Assembly: GCA_965220215.1 (NCBI GenBank)
Contig: OZ244809.1
Location: 1,587,805-1,651,804, forward strand
Length of the DNA: 64,000 bases
Source: Dehalococcoidia bacterium
GTDB taxonomy: Bacteria; Chloroflexota; Dehalococcoidia; SHYD01
Direction of reading: 5' to 3'
Part shown: piece after piece, positions 11,301-22,400 of the stretch
Position numbering within the stretch: position 1 is the stretch's first letter
Layout of the letters: each line of letters opens with the position of its first letter
Translations under genes and position numbers: made by a program
The notes under the pieces: generated by a model
Told to the model about the DNA's origin: nothing
The model's input: only the letters and a program-made list of their open reading frames with translations
Database searches by the model: none

Positions 11301-11415
11301 CCTGCTCATCGGGGATCTTATCATCCGCACCTTGAAGGTGACGGTCTGGACCGCCCGCTGGATATACCGCCGCCTCCTGTATCCGAGAATGCAGCGCAGT
11401 CCTCCCGAGGATTAG
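8347..11415 (+). CDS. YfhO-family (GT-C) multi-pass membrane protein
   Basis: LPLWDPY..G.PF.AN, many TM helices, C-terminal DSYYPGWRAWVDG...ANYLFRAV. Confidence 0.85.
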   Translation: MNDPALEPSTPAPDAPAAPGPARPRFQWLLYIPIRPVLNFVPDIAAILVLGGIIVLFHPALALANTGLTDYDLFTYFHPSWHYRALVLEAGRLPLWDPYTFTGVPFLANIQTGVLYLPNLLMAPLEVSRALALSYLGHLWLAAAGMYVMLRLGTGAGVVGGLTGGIAFALGGFLAAQAGHINQVQVASWLPLLTLGILQICRHVSIPWTVFTAVGFFMLITAGHPQETYLAAVAIGLLAIYEGTRWGILAARRELDRFHPQLQPFVAPIHFVLRTTLGGALCALAAVLGVLMAAVQLLPTLELIQFGSREGGLPIETAASFSLPPWEMLPTLLPTYQDQPFSEFNAYLGVVALSLAWLALMGWRTRGHIAYFAGISALGLFLAFGGYNPYYPFFYENIPGIDLFRVPARWLFLPAFGLAALAGLGMDILWRREHRAPTMNAVGHALAGVFPPIFLGAVIFVVAAAVIPPPPELAVAIWFAGGLTVLTICLFGSFLVPGKFLTLPLLLLLTVELWVAHFPLPVAHPVPAQVYTAIRPGLAQLMLDSSVHRILSLANPRYVPGDREEMRENLGRTLPEKEVEEYIVATKYKEAFNPNMGLRFGLAGLDGYDGGLLPLRDFADLKGKILASGDARPPVSDGPAGDIELIRDRFYSLPDLTLLANLNVKYIVMDRLYDKWVDGYYADLDAPQMIKPFTEYVFEDDSWDAATTLFVYSYLSVHSSAPPGGPVALVSVTDAEGAVYSWPLRSGIETAKTNGSLSVDEPDAGRVVGTKRGHPDEYIFLARFELTEPLVPRSITITDVVPGGDLTVAALVLADTRVGTSVSLPLDPRLKRIFTGDVKIYQLETAQPRVYVATNPRLLQPRKEQLNALLNLDPQDVFLDRLGEIDIEALDPGASGTARILSHRPEEVEVLVTMPAEGYLVLHDSYYPGWRAWVDGEETEVLRANYLFRAVVVPEGVHKVRFRYLPTTLAEGWVLTQLALAMVGLLLIGDLIIRTLKVTVWTARWIYRRLLYPRMQRSPPED

Positions 11416-11418
11416 GGC

Positions 11419-12294
11419 TTATTCAAAGATAGTGGAGACCACCTCTTCCAGGCTTCGCTGCACGTCTCGCTCGTCACTCAACGCCCACACCACGGCCACC
11501 TGGCAGGCCCGGCGCGCCGGGATACCCTGACCGATGAGCCGCCCTGCATAGACGAGCAGGCGCGTGCTGACGCCCTCCTGGAGACCATGCTCAGTCAGGT
11601 TGCGCACCTTTTCCCCCAGCTTTGCAAGCTCTGCCGCATAGTGCGCGTCCACACCGCTTTCGTGTGCGATGATCTCCGCTTCCGCATCCCTGGGCGGGTA
11701 GCTGAATTCTAGTGACACGAACCGCTGGCGGGTGCTGTGCTTCAGGTCTTTGAGCACACTCTGGTAGCCGGGATTGTAAGAGATAACCAGGGCAAAGTCC
11801 GGATGGGCTTCCAGGATCTGCGACCGCTTCTCCACCGGCAAGATGCGCCGGTAGTCGGTGAGGGGATGTATGAGGACGGTGGTGTCTTTACGCGCTTCCA
11901 CAATCTCGTCGAGATAGCAGATGGCGCCGGAGCGCACGGCCCGGGTTAGCGGCCCATCGATCCACCTCGTGGACTCGCCCTCCAGCAGATAGCGTCCAAC
12001 TAGGTCGCTGGCGGTCAGGTCTTCGTGACAGGCAACCGTCACCAGGGGAAGACCGGCGCTCTCTTCTTCATCGCCCCGCACAACGGCCAGCTTGCGCCCC
12101 AAGCGCCACGCCATATGTTCTACAAAGCGGGTCTTGCCGCAGCCGGTGGGGCCTTTCAGCAGAATGGGGATATGTTCCGTGAAGGCTGCTTCGAAGACCG
12201 CAACCTCGTCGCCCATGGGCAGGTAGAAGGGCTCCTCCCTGGAGACGTACTCCTCCATGATGAGCGAGCTAGGGGTAACGTGCTCCTCTGTCAT
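11419..12294 (-). CDS. CbbQ/NirQ/NorQ-family AAA+ ATPase
   Basis: [31 protein letters not shown]; ATG at 12294 overlaps coaE stop. Confidence 0.9.
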   Translation of the reverse strand: MTEEHVTPSSLIMEEYVSREEPFYLPMGDEVAVFEAAFTEHIPILLKGPTGCGKTRFVEHMAWRLGRKLAVVRGDEEESAGLPLVTVACHEDLTASDLVGRYLLEGESTRWIDGPLTRAVRSGAICYLDEIVEARKDTTVLIHPLTDYRRILPVEKRSQILEAHPDFALVISYNPGYQSVLKDLKHSTRQRFVSLEFSYPPRDAEAEIIAHESGVDAHYAAELAKLGEKVRNLTEHGLQEGVSTRLLVYAGRLIGQGIPARRACQVAVVWALSDERDVQRSLEEVVSTIFE

Positions 12295-12911
12295 TCCACC
12301 CTCCTTGGTTCCGGTGCTGTTCTGTGTATGGCAGCCCAGGCGCGCTCCACCTGTTGCCGCACCTCTTCCGGGCTGCCGTTGGTATCGATGACAACGGCTG
12401 CGGCCCGACGCCGCTCTTCTGGTGATAGCTGCGACTGGATGCGCTTGGCAACTTGCTCCGGCGTGAGTCCCCGCGACTGTTGCAGCCGCTCCGTCACCGT
12501 CTCCGGCGAAGCGTCGGTGACCCACACTGTGTCCGCCAGCGAACGGTGTCCCGTCTCCAAGAGCAGCGGCACCTCCACCGCTACGACCGCCGTCCCTGCT
12601 GCGTCCAACGCCGCAAGGCGCTCCTGTATTCTGCCATAAACCCAGGGATGGACAATCCCGTTGAGGCGCTGCAGCGCTTCCGGCTGCTGGAACACCCGCT
12701 GGCCCAACGTGCGCCGGTCAATGCTCCCATCTGCATTGAGCACGTCTATTCCGAACGCGTCCACTATGGCCCGACGCAGCGGTTCATCCTGCGCGTACCC
12801 CTCGTGGACGAGCTGGTCGGCGTCGATGACCGCTGCGCCGAGGGACGCCAGCAGCGCGGCCACCGTGCTCTTGCCGGTGCCTATACCGCCTGTCAGTCCG
12901 ATGACGAGCAT
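12291..12911 (-). CDS. coaE: Dephospho-CoA kinase
   Basis: [25 protein letters not shown]. Confidence 0.95.
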   Translation of the reverse strand: MLVIGLTGGIGTGKSTVAALLASLGAAVIDADQLVHEGYAQDEPLRRAIVDAFGIDVLNADGSIDRRTLGQRVFQQPEALQRLNGIVHPWVYGRIQERLAALDAAGTAVVAVEVPLLLETGHRSLADTVWVTDASPETVTERLQQSRGLTPEQVAKRIQSQLSPEERRRAAAVVIDTNGSPEEVRQQVERAWAAIHRTAPEPRRVE

Positions 12912-12984
12912 CCGTCGCGTCCTTGCATGTCAGTCATCGGCTCACTATAGCTCTGCACGGCGGGATGAGTAAACATCCCCTTCG

Positions 12985-13013
12985 TTGACGCCTGCGGCTT
13001 GGCTGTGTATAGT
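12985..13013 (+). promoter_or_regulatory. Sigma70-type promoter of rpsT
   Basis: TTGACG-17 nt-TATAGT with TG extension. Confidence 0.75.
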
Positions 13014-13043
13014 GGAGCAAAATAACCTAAGTGAGAATACTCC

Positions 13044-13319
13044 GTGGCAAATACCCATTCTGCGCTCAAACAGTGGCGCGTCAGCCTCAAGAAGCGTGCC
13101 CGCAACCGTGTAGCCCGCGGCTCTGCCCGCACCGTCATCACTAAGGCACGCCGCCTTATCAGGACTGCTGCAGCCTCAGACGAAGCGGCGGTGACAGTGA
13201 AAGACGCCCTCCGCGCTCTGGATAAGGGCGCTCAAAAGGGCGTGTTGCACCCTAACAACGCCGCCCGCCGCAAGTCCCGCTTGATGAAGCAACTCAACGC
13301 AGCCGCTTCTGCTTCCTAG
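13044..13319 (+). CDS. rpsT: 30S ribosomal protein S20
   Basis: MANTHSALK...KGVLHPNNAARRKSRL. Confidence 0.95.
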   Translation: MANTHSALKQWRVSLKKRARNRVARGSARTVITKARRLIRTAAASDEAAVTVKDALRALDKGAQKGVLHPNNAARRKSRLMKQLNAAASAS

Positions 13320-13434
13320 CAGCACCCAGTCTTTTTAGTACGCGAGACTCATAGAAGTGGAGCCGCGCCCATTCGCTATGCAACACACCCCTTAAAGTGT
13401 GCATTCCAGGCACGATAGTGCTATACTAGACGTG

Positions 13435-14400
13435 ATGACGCAGGTACAACCGCTAGGCGTATTTGCAACCCTGACGGAAGGTTTTTCCTCCCTCAATAAG
13501 CGTCTCTGGCTCCTCTTGGTGCCGATCCTTTTGGACCTGTTCTTAGCCTTTGGGCCAGGCTTATCCTTTGCTCCGCTGATAGACGAAGCCAACCGGCTCT
13601 TCCCAGAACCAGCGGTTACTGAGACAGCCGCAGCTGCCGAATCGCCGGAACTGATGCTTGATCGCATGAAGTCATCCAACATGCTCGGGCTGCTGGCCTG
13701 GCAGCTTCCCAGCTTAGTCGCCACCACCGCAATCACGCCCTTCCCGTCTGCTAATGAAACGCCTGCTGTAGAGATAGCCGAACCCGTGACCTTCATGCTC
13801 TTTCTAGTAGCGTTCATGGCACTGGGTTTGCTCGGCGCTAGCGTCTACCTGAGCGGTATTGCGGAGAGTATCAAAGAAAAGGAAATCGATAGCTCAGTGA
13901 TCCTCTCGGCTGCCATTGACGGCTGGCTACGCTATATGAAGCTTGTGCTGCTGCTGCTCCTGTTCGTTGTTCCCTTTACTCTAGTGGGAGCGTTGCTCAC
14001 CGGTGTGGCCGGCTTGCTTGGAGAAGGAGCGGGCGCACTCGTAGGCGCACTCGTCTTTACCCTTGCCTTGGCAGCCTTCTTCTACCTCGCTTTTGTGGAC
14101 GAGGCCATCTTTGCAACCTACGCCAAGCCTATGGAGGCTATTTGGGGCAGCATGCTCATCATCCGGACGCACTTCTGGTCTGCCGTGGGCTTGATAGTGC
14201 TCATCCAAGTCATCCTTATGGGGATGCCCTTAGCGCTGCGCTTGGTCGCAGAACATCCCATCGGCTTCTTTGGCGCAGTGGCAGTGCACGCCTATGTGGC
14301 GACTGGACTTGCCGCAGGCGCAATGCTCTTCTTCCGCCAACGTTATCTACTCTACTGGCACTCTCAAGCACAGGAGGAACCCCCTCTTACAACCGCATAA
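13435..14400 (+). CDS. Multi-pass membrane hypothetical protein
   Basis: Long ORF with about 7 hydrophobic segments. Confidence 0.75.
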   Translation: MTQVQPLGVFATLTEGFSSLNKRLWLLLVPILLDLFLAFGPGLSFAPLIDEANRLFPEPAVTETAAAAESPELMLDRMKSSNMLGLLAWQLPSLVATTAITPFPSANETPAVEIAEPVTFMLFLVAFMALGLLGASVYLSGIAESIKEKEIDSSVILSAAIDGWLRYMKLVLLLLLFVVPFTLVGALLTGVAGLLGEGAGALVGALVFTLALAAFFYLAFVDEAIFATYAKPMEAIWGSMLIIRTHFWSAVGLIVLIQVILMGMPLALRLVAEHPIGFFGAVAVHAYVATGLAAGAMLFFRQRYLLYWHSQAQEEPPLTTA

Positions 14401-14458
14401 TCACCGGGCCTCATTGCAGAAGCCCGAGACCATCCAGCCAGCACACAAGAGCGAGTAA

Positions 14459-16432
<1,974 letters not shown>

Positions 16433-16460
16433 GCTCCGCAGACAACTTCAACTGGTCAAC

Positions 16461-16916
16461 ATGATAGACGGCGTCGAGATAAAGCCCCTGGTCCGCCACG
16501 CGGACGACCGCGGTTACTTAGCCGAACTGCTGCGCGCGGACGAGCCCATCTTCAGCGGCTTTGGGCAGGCTAATGTGACCATGACGTATCCGGGCGTGGT
16601 GAAGGCGTGGCACTACCACAAGGAGCAGGACGACCTGTGGGTTTGCGTGAAGGGCATGATCCGCGCCGCGTTGTATGACATGCGGGAGGGCTCCGCTACC
16701 CAAGGCCAGGTGCAGGAAGTCTATCTGGGGGACAATAACCCGGCGCTGCTCAAGATACCCATTGGCGTAGCGCACGGCTACAAGGTTGTGGGCAACGAGC
16801 CCGCCATCCTCATCTACTTTGTCACCACGCCCTACGACAGGGCGCACCCCGACGAGTTCCGCATCCCCTGGAACGATCCCAGCATCCCCTTCGACTGGTC
16901 GCTCCAGAACCGCTAG
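16461..16916 (+). CDS. rmlC: dTDP-4-dehydrorhamnose 3,5-epimerase family cupin
   Basis: DDRGYL, KAWHYH, PIGVAHGY. Confidence 0.85.
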   Translation: MIDGVEIKPLVRHADDRGYLAELLRADEPIFSGFGQANVTMTYPGVVKAWHYHKEQDDLWVCVKGMIRAALYDMREGSATQGQVQEVYLGDNNPALLKIPIGVAHGYKVVGNEPAILIYFVTTPYDRAHPDEFRIPWNDPSIPFDWSLQNR

Positions 16917-16993
16917 CGCTTCCCCGCACTAGTCTCCCCCTACGCCCACGGCCGTCGGCCGGCGTGCCGCAGGCGGTGGGCATAGAGGGGGTC

Positions 16994-17110
16994 TTGTCAT
17001 GCTGAAGGACTCACATCTTGCAAGGACGGAACAATCCACAGTACAGACGCCCACAGTGGATTCTTCGCTTCGCTCAGAATGACAAGGCGTAGGCAGGCTC
17101 AGAATAACAA
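16994..17110. repeat. Family-A palindromic repeat pair (GTCATTCTGAG...GAAGAATC / GATTCTTCG...CTCAGAATGAC)
   Basis: gattcttcgcttcgctcagaatgacaag plus a degenerate inverted partner. Confidence 0.85.
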
Positions 17111-17135
17111 GTCCCCAGCCGCAGCCTCCTGTTAG

Positions 17136-17786
17136 CTAGGGACGTGTGTTCTGGCTGCTACGCCAGGACTGCACTTCTTCCAGCTCCCTTTGGGTGATGG
17201 AGCCCATGTCTTTGGCCTCCTCCAGCAGCGTGGAGATGTTGGACGCGACCAGCAGCTCCATGTTCGCCTCTGCAAAGCCCTGCGCGGCGGCGTCCAGATT
17301 GTAAGTGAAGATAGCGACGGAATGGCTTACCACCGCTCCGGCTTCTCGCAAACCGTCGGCGGTGCTCAACGCGCTGCGGCCCGTGGTGACCAGGTCCTCC
17401 ACTACCACCGCTCGCTGCTGTGGCTTTAGCACGCCTTCCACCCGCTGGCCCCGGCCGTACTCCTTGGGAGCGTCCCGCACATAGACCATGGGCTTGTCCA
17501 TGTACTCGGCCAGCCAGGCAGCGAAGGGGATGCCGGAAGTAGCCACGCCCGCCAGCACGTCAACCTCATCCAGGCCCACTTGGCTGGTGATCAGCTCCGC
17601 AAGGACCTTCACTACCTCCCGCCGCTCTTTGGGATAGGACATCAGCAGACGGTTATCGCAATAGATGGGGCTTTTGGCGCCGGAACTGTAGGTGAAGGGC
17701 TCTGCTACACTGAGGCTCACCGCTCCCACGGAAAGAAGCAGGCGTGCGATGGCTTTGCTCTGGGGACTAACGACGGTGTTGGGCAT
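17136..17786 (-). CDS. pyrE: Orotate phosphoribosyltransferase
   Basis: SGAKSPIYCDNR, VVEDLVTTGRS. Confidence 0.95.
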   Translation of the reverse strand: MPNTVVSPQSKAIARLLLSVGAVSLSVAEPFTYSSGAKSPIYCDNRLLMSYPKERREVVKVLAELITSQVGLDEVDVLAGVATSGIPFAAWLAEYMDKPMVYVRDAPKEYGRGQRVEGVLKPQQRAVVVEDLVTTGRSALSTADGLREAGAVVSHSVAIFTYNLDAAAQGFAEANMELLVASNISTLLEEAKDMGSITQRELEEVQSWRSSQNTRP

Positions 17787-17857
17787 GGGACATCCTTATC
17801 TTCGGCAATGGTGGCACAACCCCTGAGCGCTGTCTAGAAGGCTGGCCGGAGGCTTTG

Positions 17858-19096
17858 CTAGCTGTTCAGCGACTGGTACAGCTCCCGTAAATCCGCGCCC
17901 GGGTCCTGGAGCTGCGCCTTGATGCCCCCCAGGTCAAATCGCTGGCGGATCATCCGCTGCATGGGGATGAAGCTCCTGGGTGAAGTGTTCACGGCTAGGT
18001 AGGCCCGCAGCCGGGCGTCCTTCAGATACATCACGATGAAGCTGTCCTCGTCCTGGTTGCCCCGCACCAGCAGATCGTCATAGTCCTTCTCCTCCCCCGC
18101 AAACTCGATGTGCAGGTTGAAGATGTCCGACCAGACATAGGAGAGGAGGTCGTAGGACTGCTGTTTGCCGGTCATGTTCTGGGCCGCCAGCAGCCCGGTG
18201 TACTCGGCGTGGCCCCAGTGCTCCACCCGGCGGCGCTTCTCAAAGATATGGTCGTAGTAGTTTGCGACGTCGCCCGCGGCATAAACGTCGGGGTTAGACG
18301 TCAGCATGTACTCATCCACCGCCACACCGTTGTCCACCTGGAGTCCCGCCGCTTCCGCCAGCTCCACGTTGGGCTCTATGCCCACGCCCACGCACGCAAA
18401 GTCGCAGGGGATGACCGTGCCGCCCTCCATCGCCACGCCGGTGACCTGCTGCTGGCCGGTGAACCCCGTGGGGGTGACGCTGGCGTGGATGGTGACGCCC
18501 TGGGCTCTGCAGCGGGTCTGGAAATAGGTCGCGAGGTCCTGATCAAGGAAGCGGCTCCAGATATGGGGGAGCGCCTCCAGCACAGTGACGTGCACGCCCT
18601 GCTTGGTGAGAGAGGCTGCGACCTCCATGCCGATGAAGCCGCCGCCGATGATTACGGCGCGTTTTCCCGGCGCCGCCTCGTCCCTGATCGCGGTGCTGTC
18701 CTTCTGCGATCGGAGGTAGTAGATGCCCTGCAGGTCTGAACCCCTAAGCTTGAGGCGGCGCGGCCGCCCGCCGGTGGCATAGAGCAGCTTATCGTAAGAC
18801 ACCACTTCGCCGCCGGCCAGAACCACCGCTTTGCCTGCAAGGTCCAGTTTTTCCACCGGTCGGCCTAGCCGGACGTCTACATGATGCTCTTTGTAATAGT
18901 CTGCGCTGTTCAGCAGTATCTTCTCGGCGTCCCATTCGCCCCGCATGTACTCCTTGGACAACGGCGGTCTGTCGTAGGGCAGCACGTTCTCGTCGGAGAT
19001 CAGCGTAATCGTCGCGTCGTCCTCGGTGCGACGGAGCATCTCCGCCGCCTTAGTTGCCGCCAGCCCGCCGCCTATCAACACATACGATTGTGGCAT
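17858..19096 (-). CDS. FAD-dependent ferredoxin reductase-like oxidoreductase
   Basis: GGGLAA, YDRPPLSK, GGGFIGME, YAAGDVA, RVEHW, WSD. Confidence 0.9.
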   Translation of the reverse strand: MPQSYVLIGGGLAATKAAEMLRRTEDDATITLISDENVLPYDRPPLSKEYMRGEWDAEKILLNSADYYKEHHVDVRLGRPVEKLDLAGKAVVLAGGEVVSYDKLLYATGGRPRRLKLRGSDLQGIYYLRSQKDSTAIRDEAAPGKRAVIIGGGFIGMEVAASLTKQGVHVTVLEALPHIWSRFLDQDLATYFQTRCRAQGVTIHASVTPTGFTGQQQVTGVAMEGGTVIPCDFACVGVGIEPNVELAEAAGLQVDNGVAVDEYMLTSNPDVYAAGDVANYYDHIFEKRRRVEHWGHAEYTGLLAAQNMTGKQQSYDLLSYVWSDIFNLHIEFAGEEKDYDDLLVRGNQDEDSFIVMYLKDARLRAYLAVNTSPRSFIPMQRMIRQRFDLGGIKAQLQDPGADLRELYQSLNS

Positions 19097-19175
19097 GCCT
19101 ACCGCCTATCTCTACTAAAGTGTTGGGTATCGCAAGACGCATTGTAGCAAAAGCTGCGCCGCGGTCTACCCCACT

Positions 19176-20228
19176 GTGCCAGGATCCTCCGCATCGTATA
19201 TGATCAGTGGAGTCATGACCTTGTCTTCAGTAACCAGTATCACCCGGCCCAACACGGACTGGATCTACAACGGCATCAGCCACTTGCAGCTCCAGCCCTC
19301 CCACCGCCTCTTTCGTTTGCCCGAGGACGGCGCGGGCGTGGGCTACATTTCCCAGAGCGGATGCGCGCTTGTGCCTGGCCCGCCTATAGGTCCGCGCACG
19401 GCATGGGCGGCCCTCGCGGGCGCCTTTCAGGAGCACTGCGGCTCCCAGCAACTAAGCCCGGTCTATTGTGGCCTTGGCGAATGGGGACGGGACTTTTTTA
19501 GCGAACGAGGCTATAGCACCCTGAAGATGGGCGATGAAGCGGTGGTGCCGCTAGAACGCATGGTGCTGACCGGCCAGCCGTGGCGAGAGGTGCGCGCGGC
19601 CCTGAACCGCGCGCAGCGTTACACGATCACCTTCCGTTGGCTGGAGCACTCAGAGCGCCTAGCTCGCAGCGGCGAACTGCACGCCATCTCGCAGGCGTGG
19701 CTTGCGCGTCAGGCGTGGCCGGAGCTGCGCTTTGGCCTGGGGAATCTGGCGTCTCTCCACGACGAGCATACCCGCGTGGCTGTGGCGGAGGACGCCGCTG
19801 GCAAGCTCCTGGCCTTCACCACTTGGGTGCCGGTGCCTGCACGCCACGGCTGGATGCTGGACCTGATGCGTTACCGGCCTGGCAGCATGGCCGGTCTGAT
19901 GGACTTTCTCATTGCAAGAGCGCTGTTAGATTTCCGAGCGCAGGGGTATCACGAGGCCTCGCTGGGCGGAGTACCCTGTTCCAACGTCGGCGACGCGCCC
20001 CAAGGTATGCTTCGCAGGGTGCTGGATGCTGCGTTCCAGCGGTTGCGCCGTCCTTATAATCCAGGCTCGTTGCTCCACTTCAAGGACAAGTTCAACCCGG
20101 ACTGGCAACCCCTCTACCTGGCATGTGCGCCCCAGCAGCTCCTGCCGGTAGCACTGCTGGCCGTGGTTCAGGCGATGCTGCCCCCAGTACCGCTTCCACG
20201 GCTGCTCCTGGATGCGCTGTCCGGCTAA
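19176..20228 (+). CDS. Standalone MprF/LysX-type aminoacyl-phosphatidylglycerol synthase catalytic domain (DUF2156-like)
   Basis: KMGDEAVV, LDLMRY, GLMDFL, LLHFKDKFNPDWQPLYL. Confidence 0.8.
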   Translation: MPGSSASYMISGVMTLSSVTSITRPNTDWIYNGISHLQLQPSHRLFRLPEDGAGVGYISQSGCALVPGPPIGPRTAWAALAGAFQEHCGSQQLSPVYCGLGEWGRDFFSERGYSTLKMGDEAVVPLERMVLTGQPWREVRAALNRAQRYTITFRWLEHSERLARSGELHAISQAWLARQAWPELRFGLGNLASLHDEHTRVAVAEDAAGKLLAFTTWVPVPARHGWMLDLMRYRPGSMAGLMDFLIARALLDFRAQGYHEASLGGVPCSNVGDAPQGMLRRVLDAAFQRLRRPYNPGSLLHFKDKFNPDWQPLYLACAPQQLLPVALLAVVQAMLPPVPLPRLLLDALSG

Positions 20229-20314
20229 GGTACGCCGCCTGGGGAGTAAATGTCCCCGGCACGCAACGTCAGCGCCGAGGGGTGAGTGAATATGCAGTGT
20301 AGGAGCCTCGACCC

Positions 20315-20360
20315 CTGGTTCCGCCCCCCTCGCATGGGGGAAGGTTAGGATGGGGGTGCA
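20315..20360. repeat. Family-B palindromic repeat (CCCCATCCTAACCTTCCCCC-n-GGGGGAAGG)
   Basis: cccccctcgcatgggggaaggttaggatggggg; supplies the stop codon of the neighbouring ORF. Confidence 0.85.
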
Positions 20361-20860
20361 AAGGTCAATTGGCTCACGGTGCGCCAGACCTGCGGGTCCG
20401 CCTGCAAAAAGCGGATGAGCTGGCTGGTAGTGAGGCCCAACGCCCTGGCTGCAACGGCATAGCTGCCCTCCGCGGCCTGTAGCGCGTCCAGCGCAACGGC
20501 CACAATCAGCGGATAGGCCGAGTTGCTTTGCTTTACGGATATCCTTCCCTGGTTTGTCCGCTGCGCCAGGAGCTCTGCTGGGAGCGCCGGGTCTTTGAGG
20601 TCGAAGCTCCGGCGAAGCTGCAGCGCCTGTGTCATCCGCAGCCGACGTAACGCGCTGCGACGGTTCACCTCCCGCTCCCGGGACTCCACCGCCCGCGCCG
20701 TCACCCCCGACGGTTTGTGCAGCAGGCGCACTGCCGTCTCCACCTTGTTGCGGTGCTGCCCACCGGGGCCGGTCGCGCGGTAATACGACTCCTCACAGTC
20801 ATGGAGGAGCGCGGCGTCGTCCTGCCGGAGCCAGCGGTCGCGGTCGTCATTCTCTTTCAT
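20345..20860 (-). CDS. Peptide chain release factor-like (GGQ) protein
   Basis: RATGPGGQHRNKVETAVRLLH; C-terminal helix-turn-helix-like extension. Confidence 0.85.
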   Translation of the reverse strand: MKENDDRDRWLRQDDAALLHDCEESYYRATGPGGQHRNKVETAVRLLHKPSGVTARAVESREREVNRRSALRRLRMTQALQLRRSFDLKDPALPAELLAQRTNQGRISVKQSNSAYPLIVAVALDALQAAEGSYAVAARALGLTTSQLIRFLQADPQVWRTVSQLTFAPPS

Positions 20861-20931
20861 AGTTAGCGCAGCGGTTATAGATTTACTTCATTCAACAAGA
20901 ACAACGTGATAAAATATGGCACAAGCTAGCC

Positions 20932-22149
20932 ATGGTTGCTACTTCACCGCTTTCCCTGAACCCTCCCGACTTGTTCCCTGCTACTGCAGGGGTTCTGCCT
21001 TCCCAAGTTCTGCAGCAACTCGTCACGCAAAAAAGTATTGATGCAGATGAGCCGATAGAGGAAGGCCAGATACAGCCATCAAGTATAGACCTCCGGCTCG
21101 GTAATCATGGCTACCAAGTCTCTGCTAGTTTTCTGCCCGGTCGTAACAAGGCGCTTCTATCTAGACTAGAGACCGTTAGTGAGGGCGTTATTGACCTTCA
21201 GCGGCCTCAGATTCTGTATCGAGGGAAAGCTTACGTCTTTCCTCTGATGGAAAGGCTAAACCTAGCTGGCACCAATGTGTGGGGGCGAGCTAACCCCAAA
21301 AGCACAACGGGTCGCCTAGACGTTTTTACTAGACTTATCACCGATTATGCGACCCAGTTTGACTACGTTGAGAAGGACTATTGCGGCGACCTCTACGTAG
21401 AGGTTGCACCTAGAAGCTTCGACATCTTAGTGCATGCAGGCACAAAGCTAAACCAACTGCGCTTAATACGAGGAGACTCTCTTCTCTCAGACAGGAACCT
21501 AGCTGCATCTCACAAGCAAGAGCCTGTTGCATTCAGAGGAGATGGAACAAGTCTACCCAATCCAAAGTTTGAAGGCGGTCTCTGGCTCTCGGTTGATACG
21601 AAAGGCACTATCGCCGGGAACACTGTCGGCTACGTTGCCCGTTATCAGGAAAAGGCGATAGACCTCGACCGTATTAACTATTACGACCCTTGGGATTATT
21701 GGGACGAGGTAGTTCCAAACGCAGAGGGAATGATCCGCCTAAGACCCGATGCTTTCTATATTCTGGCATCCAAGGAACGTGTGCGGGTTCCCGCGGAGCT
21801 AGCAGCCGAGATGGTGAGTTTTGACCCGCTAATGGGTGAGTTCAGGGTGCACTATGCTGGATTCTTTGACCCCGGCTTTGGATTCGGTCAAGGTGATCTG
21901 ACAGGTACGGTGGCAGTACTGGAAGTACGGTCTCACCACGTACCATTCTTACTAGAAGATGGGCAGTACGTTGCTCGGCTCAAGTATGAGCGACTCATGC
22001 AAGAGCCTAGCATCCTTTATGGCGTAGCTGCCGGTTCTTCATACGAAAGCCAGCAGCTACGCTTGAGCAAACAGTTCAGAATCGCCTCCACTGTTCGCCA
22101 ATCTGCTTTTGATTCCCTGCTCGAGCAGTGGCCGCCAACTACGGCTTAG
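20932..22149 (+). CDS. dcd: dCTP deaminase, long two-domain type
   Basis: IQPSSIDLRLG, ANPKSTTGRLDVF, HYAGFFDPGFG, VLEVR. Confidence 0.88.
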   Translation: MVATSPLSLNPPDLFPATAGVLPSQVLQQLVTQKSIDADEPIEEGQIQPSSIDLRLGNHGYQVSASFLPGRNKALLSRLETVSEGVIDLQRPQILYRGKAYVFPLMERLNLAGTNVWGRANPKSTTGRLDVFTRLITDYATQFDYVEKDYCGDLYVEVAPRSFDILVHAGTKLNQLRLIRGDSLLSDRNLAASHKQEPVAFRGDGTSLPNPKFEGGLWLSVDTKGTIAGNTVGYVARYQEKAIDLDRINYYDPWDYWDEVVPNAEGMIRLRPDAFYILASKERVRVPAELAAEMVSFDPLMGEFRVHYAGFFDPGFGFGQGDLTGTVAVLEVRSHHVPFLLEDGQYVARLKYERLMQEPSILYGVAAGSSYESQQLRLSKQFRIASTVRQSAFDSLLEQWPPTTA

Positions 22150-22217
22150 CCAACACAACGGTATTCCCCACAGCGCAGTCTCTGCGTCCAGCATACCGCC
22201 GTGGTACAAGGTAGCAT

Positions 22218-22326
22218 TGTCATTCTGAGGGACTCGCCTCTAGCGAGGCCAGAAGAATCCACATAGAGTGCCCGCAGTGGATTCTTCGCTGCACCTGCCT
22301 GCGGTAGGCAGGCTCAGAATGACAAG
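22218..22326. repeat. Family-A inverted pair with nested GCCTGCC hairpin
   Basis: tgtcattctgagg...agaatccac / gtggattcttcg...cctgcctgcggtaggcaggc tcagaatgacaa. Confidence 0.9.
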
Positions 22327-22400
22327 GCGTGGTACTAGGGGAGCAACATGTTATGGCCTGTTTGCGGAACGGGGACGCGTTCCGCCACGGGGGTTGATGC

